Below, piece by piece: positions 45,242 through 56,181 of a stretch of 64,000 nt of DNA. The notes beneath the pieces were generated by a model that saw only the letters and a program-made list of their open reading frames with translations, was not told where the DNA came from and ran no database searches. The stretch's first letter is position 1; the number at the start of each line of letters is the position of its first letter. This DNA is from a virus. The stretch covers positions 48,404 to 112,403 of the IMG/VR virus record IMGVR_UViG_3300037225_000856. One strand, written 5' to 3'. Position numbers and translations under genes: made by a program.

Positions 45242-46231
45242 ATGAAAATTAGTAGAAGAACATATTCTGAAAATGAAATCAATGAAATGATATTGTTGTA
45301 TAAATCAGGAATGTCGCTTTTTAAAATTAGAGAAAATTTAAAGATGGATAAGAGTAACATAAAAAAAATTCTTATTCAAAATAATGTTTGGATTGAAGGA
45401 AGAGACAATAATAAAAAAATTGGTGAATATAGTAAGGATGAAATCAATAAAATTGTTTCATTATATCAATCAGGTGTGTCATTAACATCAATCAGCGATA
45501 AGTTAAATATTGTGAGACGTGTTGTAAAGAAAATACTTATTCAGAATAACGTTTGGATTGAAAATAGAGATAATGTGAAAATTCAATTTTCAAATGACGA
45601 TAAAAAGAATATATTTGATTTATACATTAATAAAAATTTAAGTACATGTGAAATCGCCAACATTTATGGTATTAGTAAGATACCAATAATAAGAATATTA
45701 AAAGAATTGGATATTTTAAGAAAAGGATATAGTAACGGTATTAAAATTATTTTAACGCAAAAGCAAAAAGAAAACATAAAAGATTTATATTTAAATGATA
45801 ATAAAAATGCTGAAGAAATCGGAAAAATTATTGGATGTTCGGGCAATTTTATTAGTGGTTATTTATCAATAAATAACTTAATGAGAAGCAGAAGCGAAGG
45901 GGCATCAGTGGGATTTTTTAAACGTACTGGTATTAATTATAATGAATATTTAAAAAGTCTGCCAGAGCGTGAAAAATATAGACGTGAAGTAATATCTTTA
46001 ACAAATAAACAACCAATTAACTTATTAAAAAATTATGAAAAGAGAGGTGTTTCGGGACTTGATGGTGTGTATCATTTAGATCATAAATACTCGATTTTTG
46101 AAGGATTTGAAAACAACATTAAGCCAGAAATAGTTGCAAGTTTAAAAAATCTTGTATTTATACCTTGGAGAGATAATGTTGTTAAGAGAACTAATTGTTC
46201 GATAACTAAAGAAGAATTGATAAATACTTAA
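45242..46231 (+). CDS. Putative HNH homing endonuclease with tandem HTH repeats
   Basis: Four LY..G.S...I...L HTH-like repeats; YHLDHKYS...NL...W.DN..K. Confidence 0.75.
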   Translation: MKISRRTYSENEINEMILLYKSGMSLFKIRENLKMDKSNIKKILIQNNVWIEGRDNNKKIGEYSKDEINKIVSLYQSGVSLTSISDKLNIVRRVVKKILIQNNVWIENRDNVKIQFSNDDKKNIFDLYINKNLSTCEIANIYGISKIPIIRILKELDILRKGYSNGIKIILTQKQKENIKDLYLNDNKNAEEIGKIIGCSGNFISGYLSINNLMRSRSEGASVGFFKRTGINYNEYLKSLPEREKYRREVISLTNKQPINLLKNYEKRGVSGLDGVYHLDHKYSIFEGFENNIKPEIVASLKNLVFIPWRDNVVKRTNCSITKEELINT

Positions 46232-46235
46232 TACT

Positions 46236-47168
46236 ATGGGAGTTGGATTATACGGAGTTACGAGGTCTGCAGACGTTAATATTGAAGATATTGACATGTA
46301 TTATAATTATGCTCCAGACAGACAAACAAACAATACAAATATAATTCCACTAACTGCAACAGAATTATTGTCTTATCTTTATTTACCAAGTACTGACCCA
46401 AATTTTATACCAGTAGTTAATCCAAGTTTAGTTGAAAACAGTAATGTATTAGAAGGACTATATAATTTAAGATTACCTGCATCAATTTTTAATCAATTAG
46501 GGATATATACAATTTACATTAAACCAAAACTTATAATGACAACAATTGTTGATTGTGGTGTTTTATCTTCATTACCAACAGTTAATGGCATTGTAATTGA
46601 TTTGAGCACAACTCCATTACCTGATAATTTAAAAGCAAATAACGCATTACAGGGATTTAAAATTGAATATCTTAATTCAGATAACACTAAATTAAGAAAT
46701 GTAGTACGATATGTCGTTACTTCAAATAAAGTAGTTCCTGTTAGTGAAAACGTTGGAAACACTTCTCAAAAAGCTGTCAGATATCGTTTCGATGATTCTG
46801 GAACTCTGATGTTTTTACAACTTTCCCCTAGTAGTTCTTCAGACGTTAAACCCAATATATTACCTTTTATTGGTAATGTTGGTGGAATAATTTTGATGAC
46901 AAATACCTATTTTTCACCGCTTGTATTAGAAGTAACTCTGGTTGAAAATACTATTGATACATTGGCGGATATTGTTGGGGGTGAGCAAATTAAAGATGTT
47001 CAAAATGGTATTTTAACAATTTATGATAAAAATAGAGTAATAACCGATCAGTTTAATCTTTTTGAAATTAAAGACGATGTGTCAAATGTGCCTTTATTCG
47101 AGGTCAAGGGAAAAAGAAATTCGATCGATGAGACCCAAAATTTTGACAATATAACTTCAGGTATTTAA
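46236..47168 (+). CDS. Virion structural protein (baseplate region)
   Basis: Position within the baseplate operon; no recognisable catalytic motif. Confidence 0.5.
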   Translation: MGVGLYGVTRSADVNIEDIDMYYNYAPDRQTNNTNIIPLTATELLSYLYLPSTDPNFIPVVNPSLVENSNVLEGLYNLRLPASIFNQLGIYTIYIKPKLIMTTIVDCGVLSSLPTVNGIVIDLSTTPLPDNLKANNALQGFKIEYLNSDNTKLRNVVRYVVTSNKVVPVSENVGNTSQKAVRYRFDDSGTLMFLQLSPSSSSDVKPNILPFIGNVGGIILMTNTYFSPLVLEVTLVENTIDTLADIVGGEQIKDVQNGILTIYDKNRVITDQFNLFEIKDDVSNVPLFEVKGKRNSIDETQNFDNITSGI

Positions 47169-47189
47169 AAATTTTTTATATATTTGCAA

Positions 47190-48122
47190 ATGTCAAAAAA
47201 ATTAACAACCATAGAATTTATAGCAAAAGCAAAAAGTGTTCATGGCGATAAATATGATTATTCTTTAGTTGATTATAAATATAGTAAATTAAAAATAATT
47301 ATAATATGTAAAAAACACGGACAATTTTTTCAAAAACCAAATTGTCATTTAAATAATCAAGGATGTCCAATATGTGGTGCTAACAATAGAATTACTTCAA
47401 ATGTCAAAACAATTGATAAATTTTTATCAGAAGCAAAAAGTATACATGGTGACAAATATGATTATTCTTTAGCTGATTATGTAAATAATCATAAAAATAT
47501 TATAATTATATGTTCTAAACATGGAGAATTTTTACAAGCACCAAAGCCTCATTTAAACGGTCAGGGATGTCCTAAATGTGCTAAAATTAATTTAGGTGAT
47601 AAATTACATCTGACAACATTAAATTTTATTGAAAGAGCAAGAAAAATACACGGAGACAGATATGATTATTCATTGGTTGATTACCATAATGCCCATACCA
47701 TGATTAAAATAATATGTAAAGAACATGGTGTGTTCATGCAAAAATCCTCAAATCACACAAATGAAGGTGCTGGTTGTCCCATTTGTAAACAATCTAAAGG
47801 CGAAAGAGAAATAAGTAAATTTTTAAACGATAATAATATTGAATATATTGCCGAAAAAACATTTTGTAATTGTAAAGATAAAAGATGTTTACCCTTTGAT
47901 TTTTATTTACCAAAATATAATGTCTTAATTGAATATGATGGTATTCAACATTTTGAAGCAGCAAACTTTTATGGAGGGGAATGTGGCTTTCTTATAAGAC
48001 AAAAATCTGATAAAATTAAAACAGAATTTGCTAAAGCAAATGATATTAAGTTAATTAGAATTGCATATAATGAAAATGTTGAAGAAAAATTAAATAAAAT
48101 CTTTGAACTAACATTAGTATAA
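47190..48122 (+). CDS. Putative homing endonuclease (3 x HGDKYDYS zinc-ribbon repeats + PD-(D/E)xK)
   Basis: HGDKYDYSLVDY...C..HG.F...H...GCP.C x3; PFDFYLP...LIEYDGIQH; ATG 47190 preferred over TTG 47184; TATATTTG at 47179. Confidence 0.8.
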   Translation: MSKKLTTIEFIAKAKSVHGDKYDYSLVDYKYSKLKIIIICKKHGQFFQKPNCHLNNQGCPICGANNRITSNVKTIDKFLSEAKSIHGDKYDYSLADYVNNHKNIIIICSKHGEFLQAPKPHLNGQGCPKCAKINLGDKLHLTTLNFIERARKIHGDRYDYSLVDYHNAHTMIKIICKEHGVFMQKSSNHTNEGAGCPICKQSKGEREISKFLNDNNIEYIAEKTFCNCKDKRCLPFDFYLPKYNVLIEYDGIQHFEAANFYGGECGFLIRQKSDKIKTEFAKANDIKLIRIAYNENVEEKLNKIFELTLV

Positions 48123-48170
48123 CAAACATTAAAAAAACGAATATTTAATGTTTAGTAAAAATTTGACCTT

Positions 48171-48204
48171 AAAATCTCAATCATATGTATTGAGATTTTT
48201 TTTT
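48171..48204 (+). terminator. Rho-independent terminator
   Basis: AAAATCTCAA-loop-TTGAGATTTT followed by T tract. Confidence 0.75.
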
Positions 48205-48207
48205 ATT

Positions 48208-48216
48208 GTATTTATA
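48208..48216 (+). promoter_or_regulatory. Putative late promoter GTATTTATA
   Basis: 15 nt before the in-frame GTG at 48232. Confidence 0.65.
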
Positions 48217-48231
48217 TTAAAATATAAATTT

Positions 48232-51200
48232 GTGGCAAAAGTAAAAGTAGTAGGTACAAGTCTTGACCAAAACTTAAACGGTGTTAGTTTTAAGAATACT
48301 ACATCCGAAACAATATTTTCATTCGGTAGTTTTGCTGTTACATCAAATTTTGAAGGTAGAGTATCTATTGATTATTCAAATACATTAAGTTCATTTGTAC
48401 GTCCAGTTACTCTTGAAACTATTGGTTTAACACAAACACAATCTGAAATCATACATCAGTATAATACTAACGCTGTTTTAAATTTAGACAGATCAGACTT
48501 AAATACCTTTGTTAGATTTGGTTCGGCATATGAATTTTTAAGAATATCGATACAAAACATCATTGTAGCATATCCCGGTAGTTTATTTATGAACTCCCAA
48601 CTTACACGCATTAATACAATTACATTTAGTAACTTTGTTTATAATTCAGTCACAAATATTTCAACTTTTAAAATACCAATTGCATCTACAGTTAACACAT
48701 TTGGTTTAGCGTTTAATTATGGCAATGTGAGCAATCCAGATGATAATCCATTAAAAAATCTGAATCTTTCATATAATCAATATGTTGTTTGGTCTACACT
48801 TAATCCTACTGGAAATTCATATACGATTATTGGCTTTACTGGATATACTTCAAATAATCCAAATTTAACAGTTCAAACAATTGGTAATCCATTTCCAACA
48901 ATTACTGGTGCAACTGGTGGTTATTCTGGTGCAATTGATTTTCATATTAAACCAAACAATATTGTTTTTGAAGAATTCAGAGCATTATTAAGTGATTATG
49001 AAAAATATATTCTTTCAGAAAGAATAACAGGAAATACAAGCGGATTTAAATTCGTATTAAGAGACCCTATTTTACTTGACAACGGAACTATTAGTTATTC
49101 TAATACGCAGATGCTATGGACAACAAGTGACAACTATAACATAGATGTCAGCACCTCAAAATATCGTACTTTTTTGAGTAGCATTTTAGCAATTGGTAAT
49201 AAGTATGATGCAATAAAGACAGATTTAATTGCCAGATTTTTAACACCCGATTCTATTAAAGCATATGATCTTACCGAAAATGGTAAAATGACTAAGCTCT
49301 TAAGAATATACGGTAGAGAATTTGACCAGATGAAACAATTCATAGATTCTTTGGTTAATATTAATCATGTTACATATGATAAGGTTAATAACACTCCAGA
49401 TCAATTAATTAAAAATCTTTCAAGGACATTTGGATGGAATTATTTTTCATTAGTAAATGAAGCAGAATTAGTTACCAGTCTTTTATCTATTAGTGATGCA
49501 GAAAGAAATTTACGTACTGATTTAATGCCAGCAGAAATCGATATTGAACTTTGGAGAAGAATATTAATTAATACAAATTATTTCTGGAAATCTAAAGGCA
49601 CGAGAGAAGCATTAAAATCAATATTTCTCTTAATTGGTATACCTGAACCGTTTATTAATATTACTGAATATGTTTACACTGTTGATGGCAAAATAAATCC
49701 TAATAGTGTACCACTTACTAAAGCAGATTTTCCTTCAAATTCATTACCGTATGATACTAATGGATATCCAGTTGCGCCATTAGAAACCAGCGATTTCTTT
49801 TTTCAGGTTTCCGGTGACACTGATGCTGGTCAACATTACATGGATGCATTTCGTATGGCAGGATTTAATTTAATGCAAAATGTTGACAACAGAAAATCAT
49901 GGATTCAAGCAGGTGCAACAACAAGAGTTGATAGTACAACACCACAGTATTATCAAGAAGATAGTAAGTTGGTATTAAACACAAAAGAAGTTGACGTTGC
50001 TCTTGATACGGCACGTGGTATTGAATATGATGTTTATGACTATATAAAAAATATTGATTTTCCTGCAAATTCAAGCGGTTATACGCTACCATTTTCTTAT
50101 GTTAATATATCTCTGGGAGTAAGTAGTGTTCAAAAAACATTTCATTTACCAGCACCATATAATAAGACAGAAGGTAATTTAGAGGTTCGTTACAACGGTA
50201 TTTTATTAAATGCACCAACAACTGGTAATACGGGTGGTACTGGAACTGAATTAACAAAAGCGGATTATAGTGTTTCGGGCAATACTTTTACATTATTAAC
50301 AGCAAGTGCATATTCAAATTCATATCGAAGGGATGTTATTCAAGCAACATTTATTTATTCAGGCAATACACGTCCAGTTACAGGAATTAGTGTTCAATAT
50401 ATTGTAACAAGAGTTGATGCAAAAATGGGTGGAACAATAATACCGTTACCAAGTTACCCACGTGGAGATGTACAAGTAACTGTAAATGGTATTGCACTTA
50501 CAAAAGGCACTCCACAATTTACTGCCGATTATATTCTTGACCCAGCAAATTCAACAGGTGGTACTCATAACATTATTATTCAAAATCCTGCTGTGATTTC
50601 ATATTTGGCTGTTACTCCCACAATACAAGTAGCATATGTTCAGGTGACTGGAAGTAGTCAAATTAATGCAAGAAGTGAAGTAGTAAGAGTTGATAGTTTT
50701 AATAGTGGTAAAGTATATTATAATGTTTCAGCAAATAAATATGTGTATAGACTTAACTATAAAGCAAATACTGCATCAGAAATTAAAGTATTAATAGATG
50801 GTATTGCATTAGAACCATATACAGATTATAACATTAATGTACAAAATCAATATGAAGTTTTCTTACCAAAAGGTATTAAATATGGTACAATTATAAGTGT
50901 ATATTATCTTGTTGCAGTTAGTTCATTCTTTAATCCAATTGTAAGTGATGTTTTTGGTGTTGGTGATATAAGTAAATTGTCATTTCTTGAATTTATCGAA
51001 TTAATTCAAAGAAAATTAATAAATGCAAGAAATAGAAAAACAATTACAGATTTTAAAGGTGGGTGGTATCCAACATTATTAAATGTTTATATTCAATATT
51101 TAAAACGTGCTGATCTTCCATTAAATGACCCGTTACGTTCAAATGGTTATACTTTTGAAAATTTATATTCATTTTTAAGTAAATATAATTCTTTCTTTCA

Positions 51201-53712
51201 AAGATTTGTTGATGAATTATTACCTGCAACAATCATATTAAAAAAGAGTGGATTATTAGTTAGAAATACAATATTTACAAAACAAAAATTCACTTATAAA
51301 AGAGGTGTTAACATACCTTTAACTGGTTCTACAGTATTAGACATAAGAAAAAATTATTATAATAATGTATTGCTCCCTTATGAGGTATTGCTTACTTATT
51401 TGGGAGATGATGGTAGTACTTTCTTAATTGCACAATCTACAGCAGCACCACCAGCAGCAGTAGTACCAACAGTTATTACTACTGCATTAACTAATATTAT
51501 ACAAACTGGTGCAACTGGTGGTGGAAATGTTACTTCTGATGGTGGTGCTGCAGTAACAACACGTGGAATAGTATGGAGTACATCACCAACTCCGACAACT
51601 GGTAATACTAAAACTATGAATGGTACTGGAAATGGAGTATTTGTGAGCTTATTAACTGGATTAATTCCAAATACCACTTATTATGTAAGAGCATATGCAA
51701 TTAATACTGTAGGCATTGGTTATGGCAATGAAATTAGTTTTGCTACACCAGCAGTAGTTCTTATACCATCTATTAAAACAACTGTTGCAACTGGCACAAC
51801 TCAAACAGCAATTAATAATACTGGTGGTTATGGTATTACTGGTTACACAGGTATTGATTATTATGCAATGCAATATAGAGTAAGTGGAAATACATCATGG
51901 TTATTATCGCCTACATTACCTTTAAGCGGACCGCTTGCTATAAATTATTTTACAACTAAAATTACTGGATTAACTTCAAGTATAACTGGCGGTACATATT
52001 ATCAATATCGTGCATATATGGTTATTGCAGGAACACCATACTATGGTGACATTAAATTAGCACTTACATTATCAATACCTTTGTCTGCAGCAACAATCAC
52101 AACAAATACAATATCAGTTATATCAATTACTGGTGCAACTGGTGGTGGTAATGTTACATTTATTGGTCTTCCTGCATTAACAGTACGTGGTATAGTATAT
52201 GGATTAGCACCAAATCCAACAACAGGAAATACCAGAATTATTAATGGCAGTACTGGAACAGGTTCATTTACAAGCTCAATTACTGAATTAACTCCAAATA
52301 CAACATATTTCGTAAGAGCATATGCCACAAATAGTGTTGGAATTTCTTATGGAAGTCAAGTTAATTTTACTACTGTAGCATTACCAAATATTAATCTTCC
52401 GATTATTCAAACTTTCCACACTGGAGTAGGTCCGGGTCAGCAAAGTAATGGCACTATTATTCCAAGTCCACCATTAGATGCAGGTCAATGCATTACAGTA
52501 AATCTTTTATCATGTCATGTAGTATTTGGTGTTGGTAGTGGTCAAAACTTAACAAGTATTTATTGTAGTACAAATAATGGAGCAACATGGAATTTTGTAA
52601 GTCCAACACCATTTATAACTAATTCTCCATCATCAGGTCCACCAAATAGATGTTTATGTAGTAATAGTTTGAGTGTTATATTATATCCAAACGAAAGATT
52701 ATGTTATGCTAATCAAGTGTCATCAACTGGTCTTGCTTGTACATGCAGTTGTTTAAGTATATCATCAGTAAGTAGTAGTCCAAACATCACAGTTACATCA
52801 AGTGGTTCTGATACTCTTTTAATAGCAGCTTTAGTTGCGCCAACAGTAACAACAGAAGTAATAACATCAATTGGTCAAAATAGTGCAACTGGTGGCGGTA
52901 ATGTAACATCTGAAGGTACACAACCAGTAATTGCACGTGGTGTTGTATATGATTTATCGTCAAACCCAACACTTGCAAATAGTTTTACAACAAATGGTAC
53001 TGGAGCAGGTTCATTTACAAGCATATTAACTGGATTATTGGCAAATACAACATATTTTGTAAGAGCATATGCCACAAATAGTGTAGATATTACTTATGGA
53101 AATCAAGTAACATTTACAACATTACCATTTGCACCACTTGTTTCAACTGATTCAGTTTATAGCATTACTTCGAATTCTGCACAAGGTTTGGGTCATATTG
53201 AAAATAATGGTGGTGCAACTGTTACTGCAGAAGGTTTTATGATAGGAAGTAATCCAAGTTATATTAACACTAATATCCCTGCAGTAGTTACAACTCCTTT
53301 CAATGCAAACTTAGGTACATTAGTAGGAAGCACAACTTATTATGTAAAAGCATATGCAACTAATAGTGTTGGTACTTCATATGGTGGTGTAATAAGTTTT
53401 ACTACTCCAGTACCTTCACCACCAGTTGTAACTACAGTATATGCTTTGAATATTGCAATGACAACCGCAACAATCAGAGCAGGTATAGCATATACAGGCA
53501 GTCATGTAATTAATGAACGTGGTGTTGTTTGGGCAACATATCAAAATCCTGATGAAACTTCCAATAAACAGACCAACGGAACTGGTGCTGGTAATTTCGA
53601 CACAGCTATAAGTGGATTAGTACCAAATCAATTGTATTATGTAAGAGCATATGGAAATACGATAGAAGATGGTCATATATATGGTAATCAAATATGCTTT
53701 ACAACCAGTTAA
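48232..53712 (+). CDS. Large baseplate wedge/tail protein (gp7/P2-I-like core) with C-terminal FN3 array
   Basis: YGREFD...PDQLIKNLSRTFGW...WKSKGTREALK...GIP core; ~6 FN3 modules (YxVRAYATN); start moved to GTG 48232 because a terminator and promoter lie inside the longer ORF. Confidence 0.75.
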   Translation: MAKVKVVGTSLDQNLNGVSFKNTTSETIFSFGSFAVTSNFEGRVSIDYSNTLSSFVRPVTLETIGLTQTQSEIIHQYNTNAVLNLDRSDLNTFVRFGSAYEFLRISIQNIIVAYPGSLFMNSQLTRINTITFSNFVYNSVTNISTFKIPIASTVNTFGLAFNYGNVSNPDDNPLKNLNLSYNQYVVWSTLNPTGNSYTIIGFTGYTSNNPNLTVQTIGNPFPTITGATGGYSGAIDFHIKPNNIVFEEFRALLSDYEKYILSERITGNTSGFKFVLRDPILLDNGTISYSNTQMLWTTSDNYNIDVSTSKYRTFLSSILAIGNKYDAIKTDLIARFLTPDSIKAYDLTENGKMTKLLRIYGREFDQMKQFIDSLVNINHVTYDKVNNTPDQLIKNLSRTFGWNYFSLVNEAELVTSLLSISDAERNLRTDLMPAEIDIELWRRILINTNYFWKSKGTREALKSIFLLIGIPEPFINITEYVYTVDGKINPNSVPLTKADFPSNSLPYDTNGYPVAPLETSDFFFQVSGDTDAGQHYMDAFRMAGFNLMQNVDNRKSWIQAGATTRVDSTTPQYYQEDSKLVLNTKEVDVALDTARGIEYDVYDYIKNIDFPANSSGYTLPFSYVNISLGVSSVQKTFHLPAPYNKTEGNLEVRYNGILLNAPTTGNTGGTGTELTKADYSVSGNTFTLLTASAYSNSYRRDVIQATFIYSGNTRPVTGISVQYIVTRVDAKMGGTIIPLPSYPRGDVQVTVNGIALTKGTPQFTADYILDPANSTGGTHNIIIQNPAVISYLAVTPTIQVAYVQVTGSSQINARSEVVRVDSFNSGKVYYNVSANKYVYRLNYKANTASEIKVLIDGIALEPYTDYNINVQNQYEVFLPKGIKYGTIISVYYLVAVSSFFNPIVSDVFGVGDISKLSFLEFIELIQRKLINARNRKTITDFKGGWYPTLLNVYIQYLKRADLPLNDPLRSNGYTFENLYSFLSKYNSFFQRFVDELLPATIILKKSGLLVRNTIFTKQKFTYKRGVNIPLTGSTVLDIRKNYYNNVLLPYEVLLTYLGDDGSTFLIAQSTAAPPAAVVPTVITTALTNIIQTGATGGGNVTSDGGAAVTTRGIVWSTSPTPTTGNTKTMNGTGNGVFVSLLTGLIPNTTYYVRAYAINTVGIGYGNEISFATPAVVLIPSIKTTVATGTTQTAINNTGGYGITGYTGIDYYAMQYRVSGNTSWLLSPTLPLSGPLAINYFTTKITGLTSSITGGTYYQYRAYMVIAGTPYYGDIKLALTLSIPLSAATITTNTISVISITGATGGGNVTFIGLPALTVRGIVYGLAPNPTTGNTRIINGSTGTGSFTSSITELTPNTTYFVRAYATNSVGISYGSQVNFTTVALPNINLPIIQTFHTGVGPGQQSNGTIIPSPPLDAGQCITVNLLSCHVVFGVGSGQNLTSIYCSTNNGATWNFVSPTPFITNSPSSGPPNRCLCSNSLSVILYPNERLCYANQVSSTGLACTCSCLSISSVSSSPNITVTSSGSDTLLIAALVAPTVTTEVITSIGQNSATGGGNVTSEGTQPVIARGVVYDLSSNPTLANSFTTNGTGAGSFTSILTGLLANTTYFVRAYATNSVDITYGNQVTFTTLPFAPLVSTDSVYSITSNSAQGLGHIENNGGATVTAEGFMIGSNPSYINTNIPAVVTTPFNANLGTLVGSTTYYVKAYATNSVGTSYGGVISFTTPVPSPPVVTTVYALNIAMTTATIRAGIAYTGSHVINERGVVWATYQNPDETSNKQTNGTGAGNFDTAISGLVPNQLYYVRAYGNTIEDGHIYGNQICFTTS

Positions 53713-53755
53713 TTTCCCTATATCAATGTATACACATGTAATTTTAAAATTATTA

Positions 53756-53764
53756 GTATTTATA
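53756..53764 (+). promoter_or_regulatory. Putative late promoter GTATTTATA
   Basis: 16 nt before ATG 53781. Confidence 0.65.
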
Positions 53765-53780
53765 ATTAAATTGTTAGAAA

Positions 53781-55109
53781 ATGGCATTTATCGAAAAAAA
53801 AGACCCTGTAGTTATAAACATTAAAATAACTTCAAAAGGTAGAGAATTATTATCTACTGGTAATTTGTCATTTAAATATTTTGTCATCGGTGATAGTGAA
53901 ATGGATTATGCTTTTAATAAAGCAACAGGACTAAATCCATTTAATGCAAATATTTTGAGACCTGTAGATACTAATCCTAATATTATATCTTTTATTTTAA
54001 AAAATGTATCTGGAGCTACTGGCAATACACAATATAACACAATATCAAGCATACCTCCTTCAACATATTTGGTTACAAATTCTGCTGGCTCAATTGGATT
54101 TTTTACTAATCTTACTGGTGATACCACATTTATTGTTGATGGCAATCATGTTAAACAACCAGATGTCATGATATATATGAATGGAATTACTGGTGGTACA
54201 TCATTACAATTAAGAAAAGCACCAGCATATGGTACAAGTGGTGCAGAACCAGCAGTCGGTGATTTGATTTTAGTTAAATGGACTTTAACAGCAAATACAA
54301 CCGGATATACAACAGACGCATTACATCCAAGACCATTTTTAATTTATCAAATTACTGGTATAACATCAGGGACATTAGCAGGGAATGATTTAGTGATCGT
54401 GGTTGATAGAAATTTACCTAATTTTAGTGGTATGGGTGCTACTGGCAAAGCAGGTGCTTTAATTTTTTATAATTATATTAATTTTAGTGGTAGCACAATA
54501 TTTAATACTTATTCAACAGATTACCTTGACGAAAGTGTTTTAACTTTTTTACAAAACAGCCAATGTCCAACAGTAATATTTCCATTTTGGAATATGTCGA
54601 TTATATTTACTGAAGAAATTGCTGGTGTTCAGGCATCTGGCAGAACATTTGCTCAATTTAAAGATGTTGCATATGGTGGATTTGTTTCATATATTCAGAA
54701 CCAAGCACCTTTATATAAAAAATTGGGAGTAATTCATTATACAAATGATTCACCAGCAAATGTATATGCAGAAGGTTTTTATTTAACAACACCAAGACTG
54801 GATATTCCAACAATAATGTGGCATAAATCCACTACAAAAAAATTGGGATTAACTTTAGTAGCAAAAGGTAAAAATTTTATAAGTGGTGCAACAACAGGAG
54901 CAACATCACTTAATTTGGAATATTATAATTTATATGATATTAGTGATACTGGTTTTACATATTCTGTCGGTAAAGTATTTACCGATTTAAAGATATTTGT
55001 AATTGAAGATCAAGAATTATTATTTGCAATGTCATACAAATCAAATAGATCATGGACACTTCCAAATTATATAATTAGCAGTAGCAGTAATAGCGGATGT
55101 CTTCCATAA
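53781..55109 (+). CDS. Virion structural protein (baseplate/tail)
   Basis: ITSKGRELL...F..GDSE.DY N-terminus of the fibre-attachment type; late motif; baseplate context. Confidence 0.55.
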   Translation: MAFIEKKDPVVINIKITSKGRELLSTGNLSFKYFVIGDSEMDYAFNKATGLNPFNANILRPVDTNPNIISFILKNVSGATGNTQYNTISSIPPSTYLVTNSAGSIGFFTNLTGDTTFIVDGNHVKQPDVMIYMNGITGGTSLQLRKAPAYGTSGAEPAVGDLILVKWTLTANTTGYTTDALHPRPFLIYQITGITSGTLAGNDLVIVVDRNLPNFSGMGATGKAGALIFYNYINFSGSTIFNTYSTDYLDESVLTFLQNSQCPTVIFPFWNMSIIFTEEIAGVQASGRTFAQFKDVAYGGFVSYIQNQAPLYKKLGVIHYTNDSPANVYAEGFYLTTPRLDIPTIMWHKSTTKKLGLTLVAKGKNFISGATTGATSLNLEYYNLYDISDTGFTYSVGKVFTDLKIFVIEDQELLFAMSYKSNRSWTLPNYIISSSSNSGCLP

Positions 55110-55132
55110 TGATAAAATAAAATAAATAAACA

Positions 55133-55861
55133 ATGGCAAGCGGATATACAATATTTACAACATATGTTTTAGTTCCAATATCTGGAAACAGTGAGGCTAT
55201 TCATTGTAATTATATTAAATCATTACAATTGAATGGTGGTAATAATATTAACATTCAGGAAATAAACATAAGTTTTTCTAATCCTGATGATTTTAAATTT
55301 TTAAGTAATAATATTATTGGTGGTACTGGTTATACTGCTAACAAAATATATGCAATAATTCAATTAGTAAATAATAGTGGTTATACAAATATTAGTGATG
55401 TAAAACCAGATTCAACAAAATGGAAGATAGTTGATTTAATTTCTGGAAATACAGGACTGCTCACACCAGCTATTTTAACAAATCAAGTATTTAAAATTTC
55501 CTTATTGGGATATAATGGTTTTACTTCATATAGTTTATTTTATTTGAATTATCCAACAAAATTTCCAAGTGATGACAATAAATTATGTTTTGGAGATGAA
55601 ATATATTTTTTAGGTAATGTTTCCACAGATATACATGCAGACGTATATGTAACCGATTTAGCTATAATATTAGGACAAAATGAATTTAATTCATCAACAA
55701 ATCCAACATGGCTTCAAACATCACCACGACCAGCAGTTGCAATAACTGAAATTGGTATATATGACGCTAATAAAAATTTGGTTGCAATTGGTAAATTAAA
55801 CGACCCTCTTGTTAAAGATTCATCGATTTCAAGAACACTTGTATTCGATATTGATTTTTAA
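55133..55861 (+). CDS. Tail-collar/fibre attachment-like structural protein
   Basis: C-terminal ITEIGIYDANKNLVAIGKL..P..K motif. Confidence 0.65.
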   Translation: MASGYTIFTTYVLVPISGNSEAIHCNYIKSLQLNGGNNINIQEINISFSNPDDFKFLSNNIIGGTGYTANKIYAIIQLVNNSGYTNISDVKPDSTKWKIVDLISGNTGLLTPAILTNQVFKISLLGYNGFTSYSLFYLNYPTKFPSDDNKLCFGDEIYFLGNVSTDIHADVYVTDLAIILGQNEFNSSTNPTWLQTSPRPAVAITEIGIYDANKNLVAIGKLNDPLVKDSSISRTLVFDIDF

Positions 55862-55944
55862 TTCTTAAAATAATCATAAAAAATTATATTTTTTTATAAA
55901 TTCTTAGTATTTATTATAAATACGATTTAAAATTTATAATATAT

Positions 55945-56178
55945 ATGGGAATTAATGAAGAAACAAAGCCTAAGTCAATTATAATTGATGGCAAATTACA
56001 TAGTCAATTTAAAATGCTATGTAAGGGCAAAAGCATGAAAATTGGAGGTGTTATTGAAGATTTAATCAGGGTATATCTTAGAAATCCAAAAGATGTTCAA
56101 AAGATTATCGATGCAATGAAAGAAGATGAAGCACAAAAATTATTTCATGTTCAAGTTAGTGAAGCACTAAAAAGATAA
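55945..56178 (+). CDS. Small ribbon-helix-helix-like DNA-binding protein
   Basis: KSIIIDGKLHSQFKMLC...IGGVIEDLIRVYL; GTATTTATT at 55907. Confidence 0.55.
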   Translation: MGINEETKPKSIIIDGKLHSQFKMLCKGKSMKIGGVIEDLIRVYLRNPKDVQKIIDAMKEDEAQKLFHVQVSEALKR

Positions 56179-56181
56179 TAT

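Noticed and set aside
48148-48231. ORF-track start of the 1854-aa protein
   Set aside because: This stretch contains a terminator hairpin and the late motif; the in-frame GTG at 48232 is the better start.
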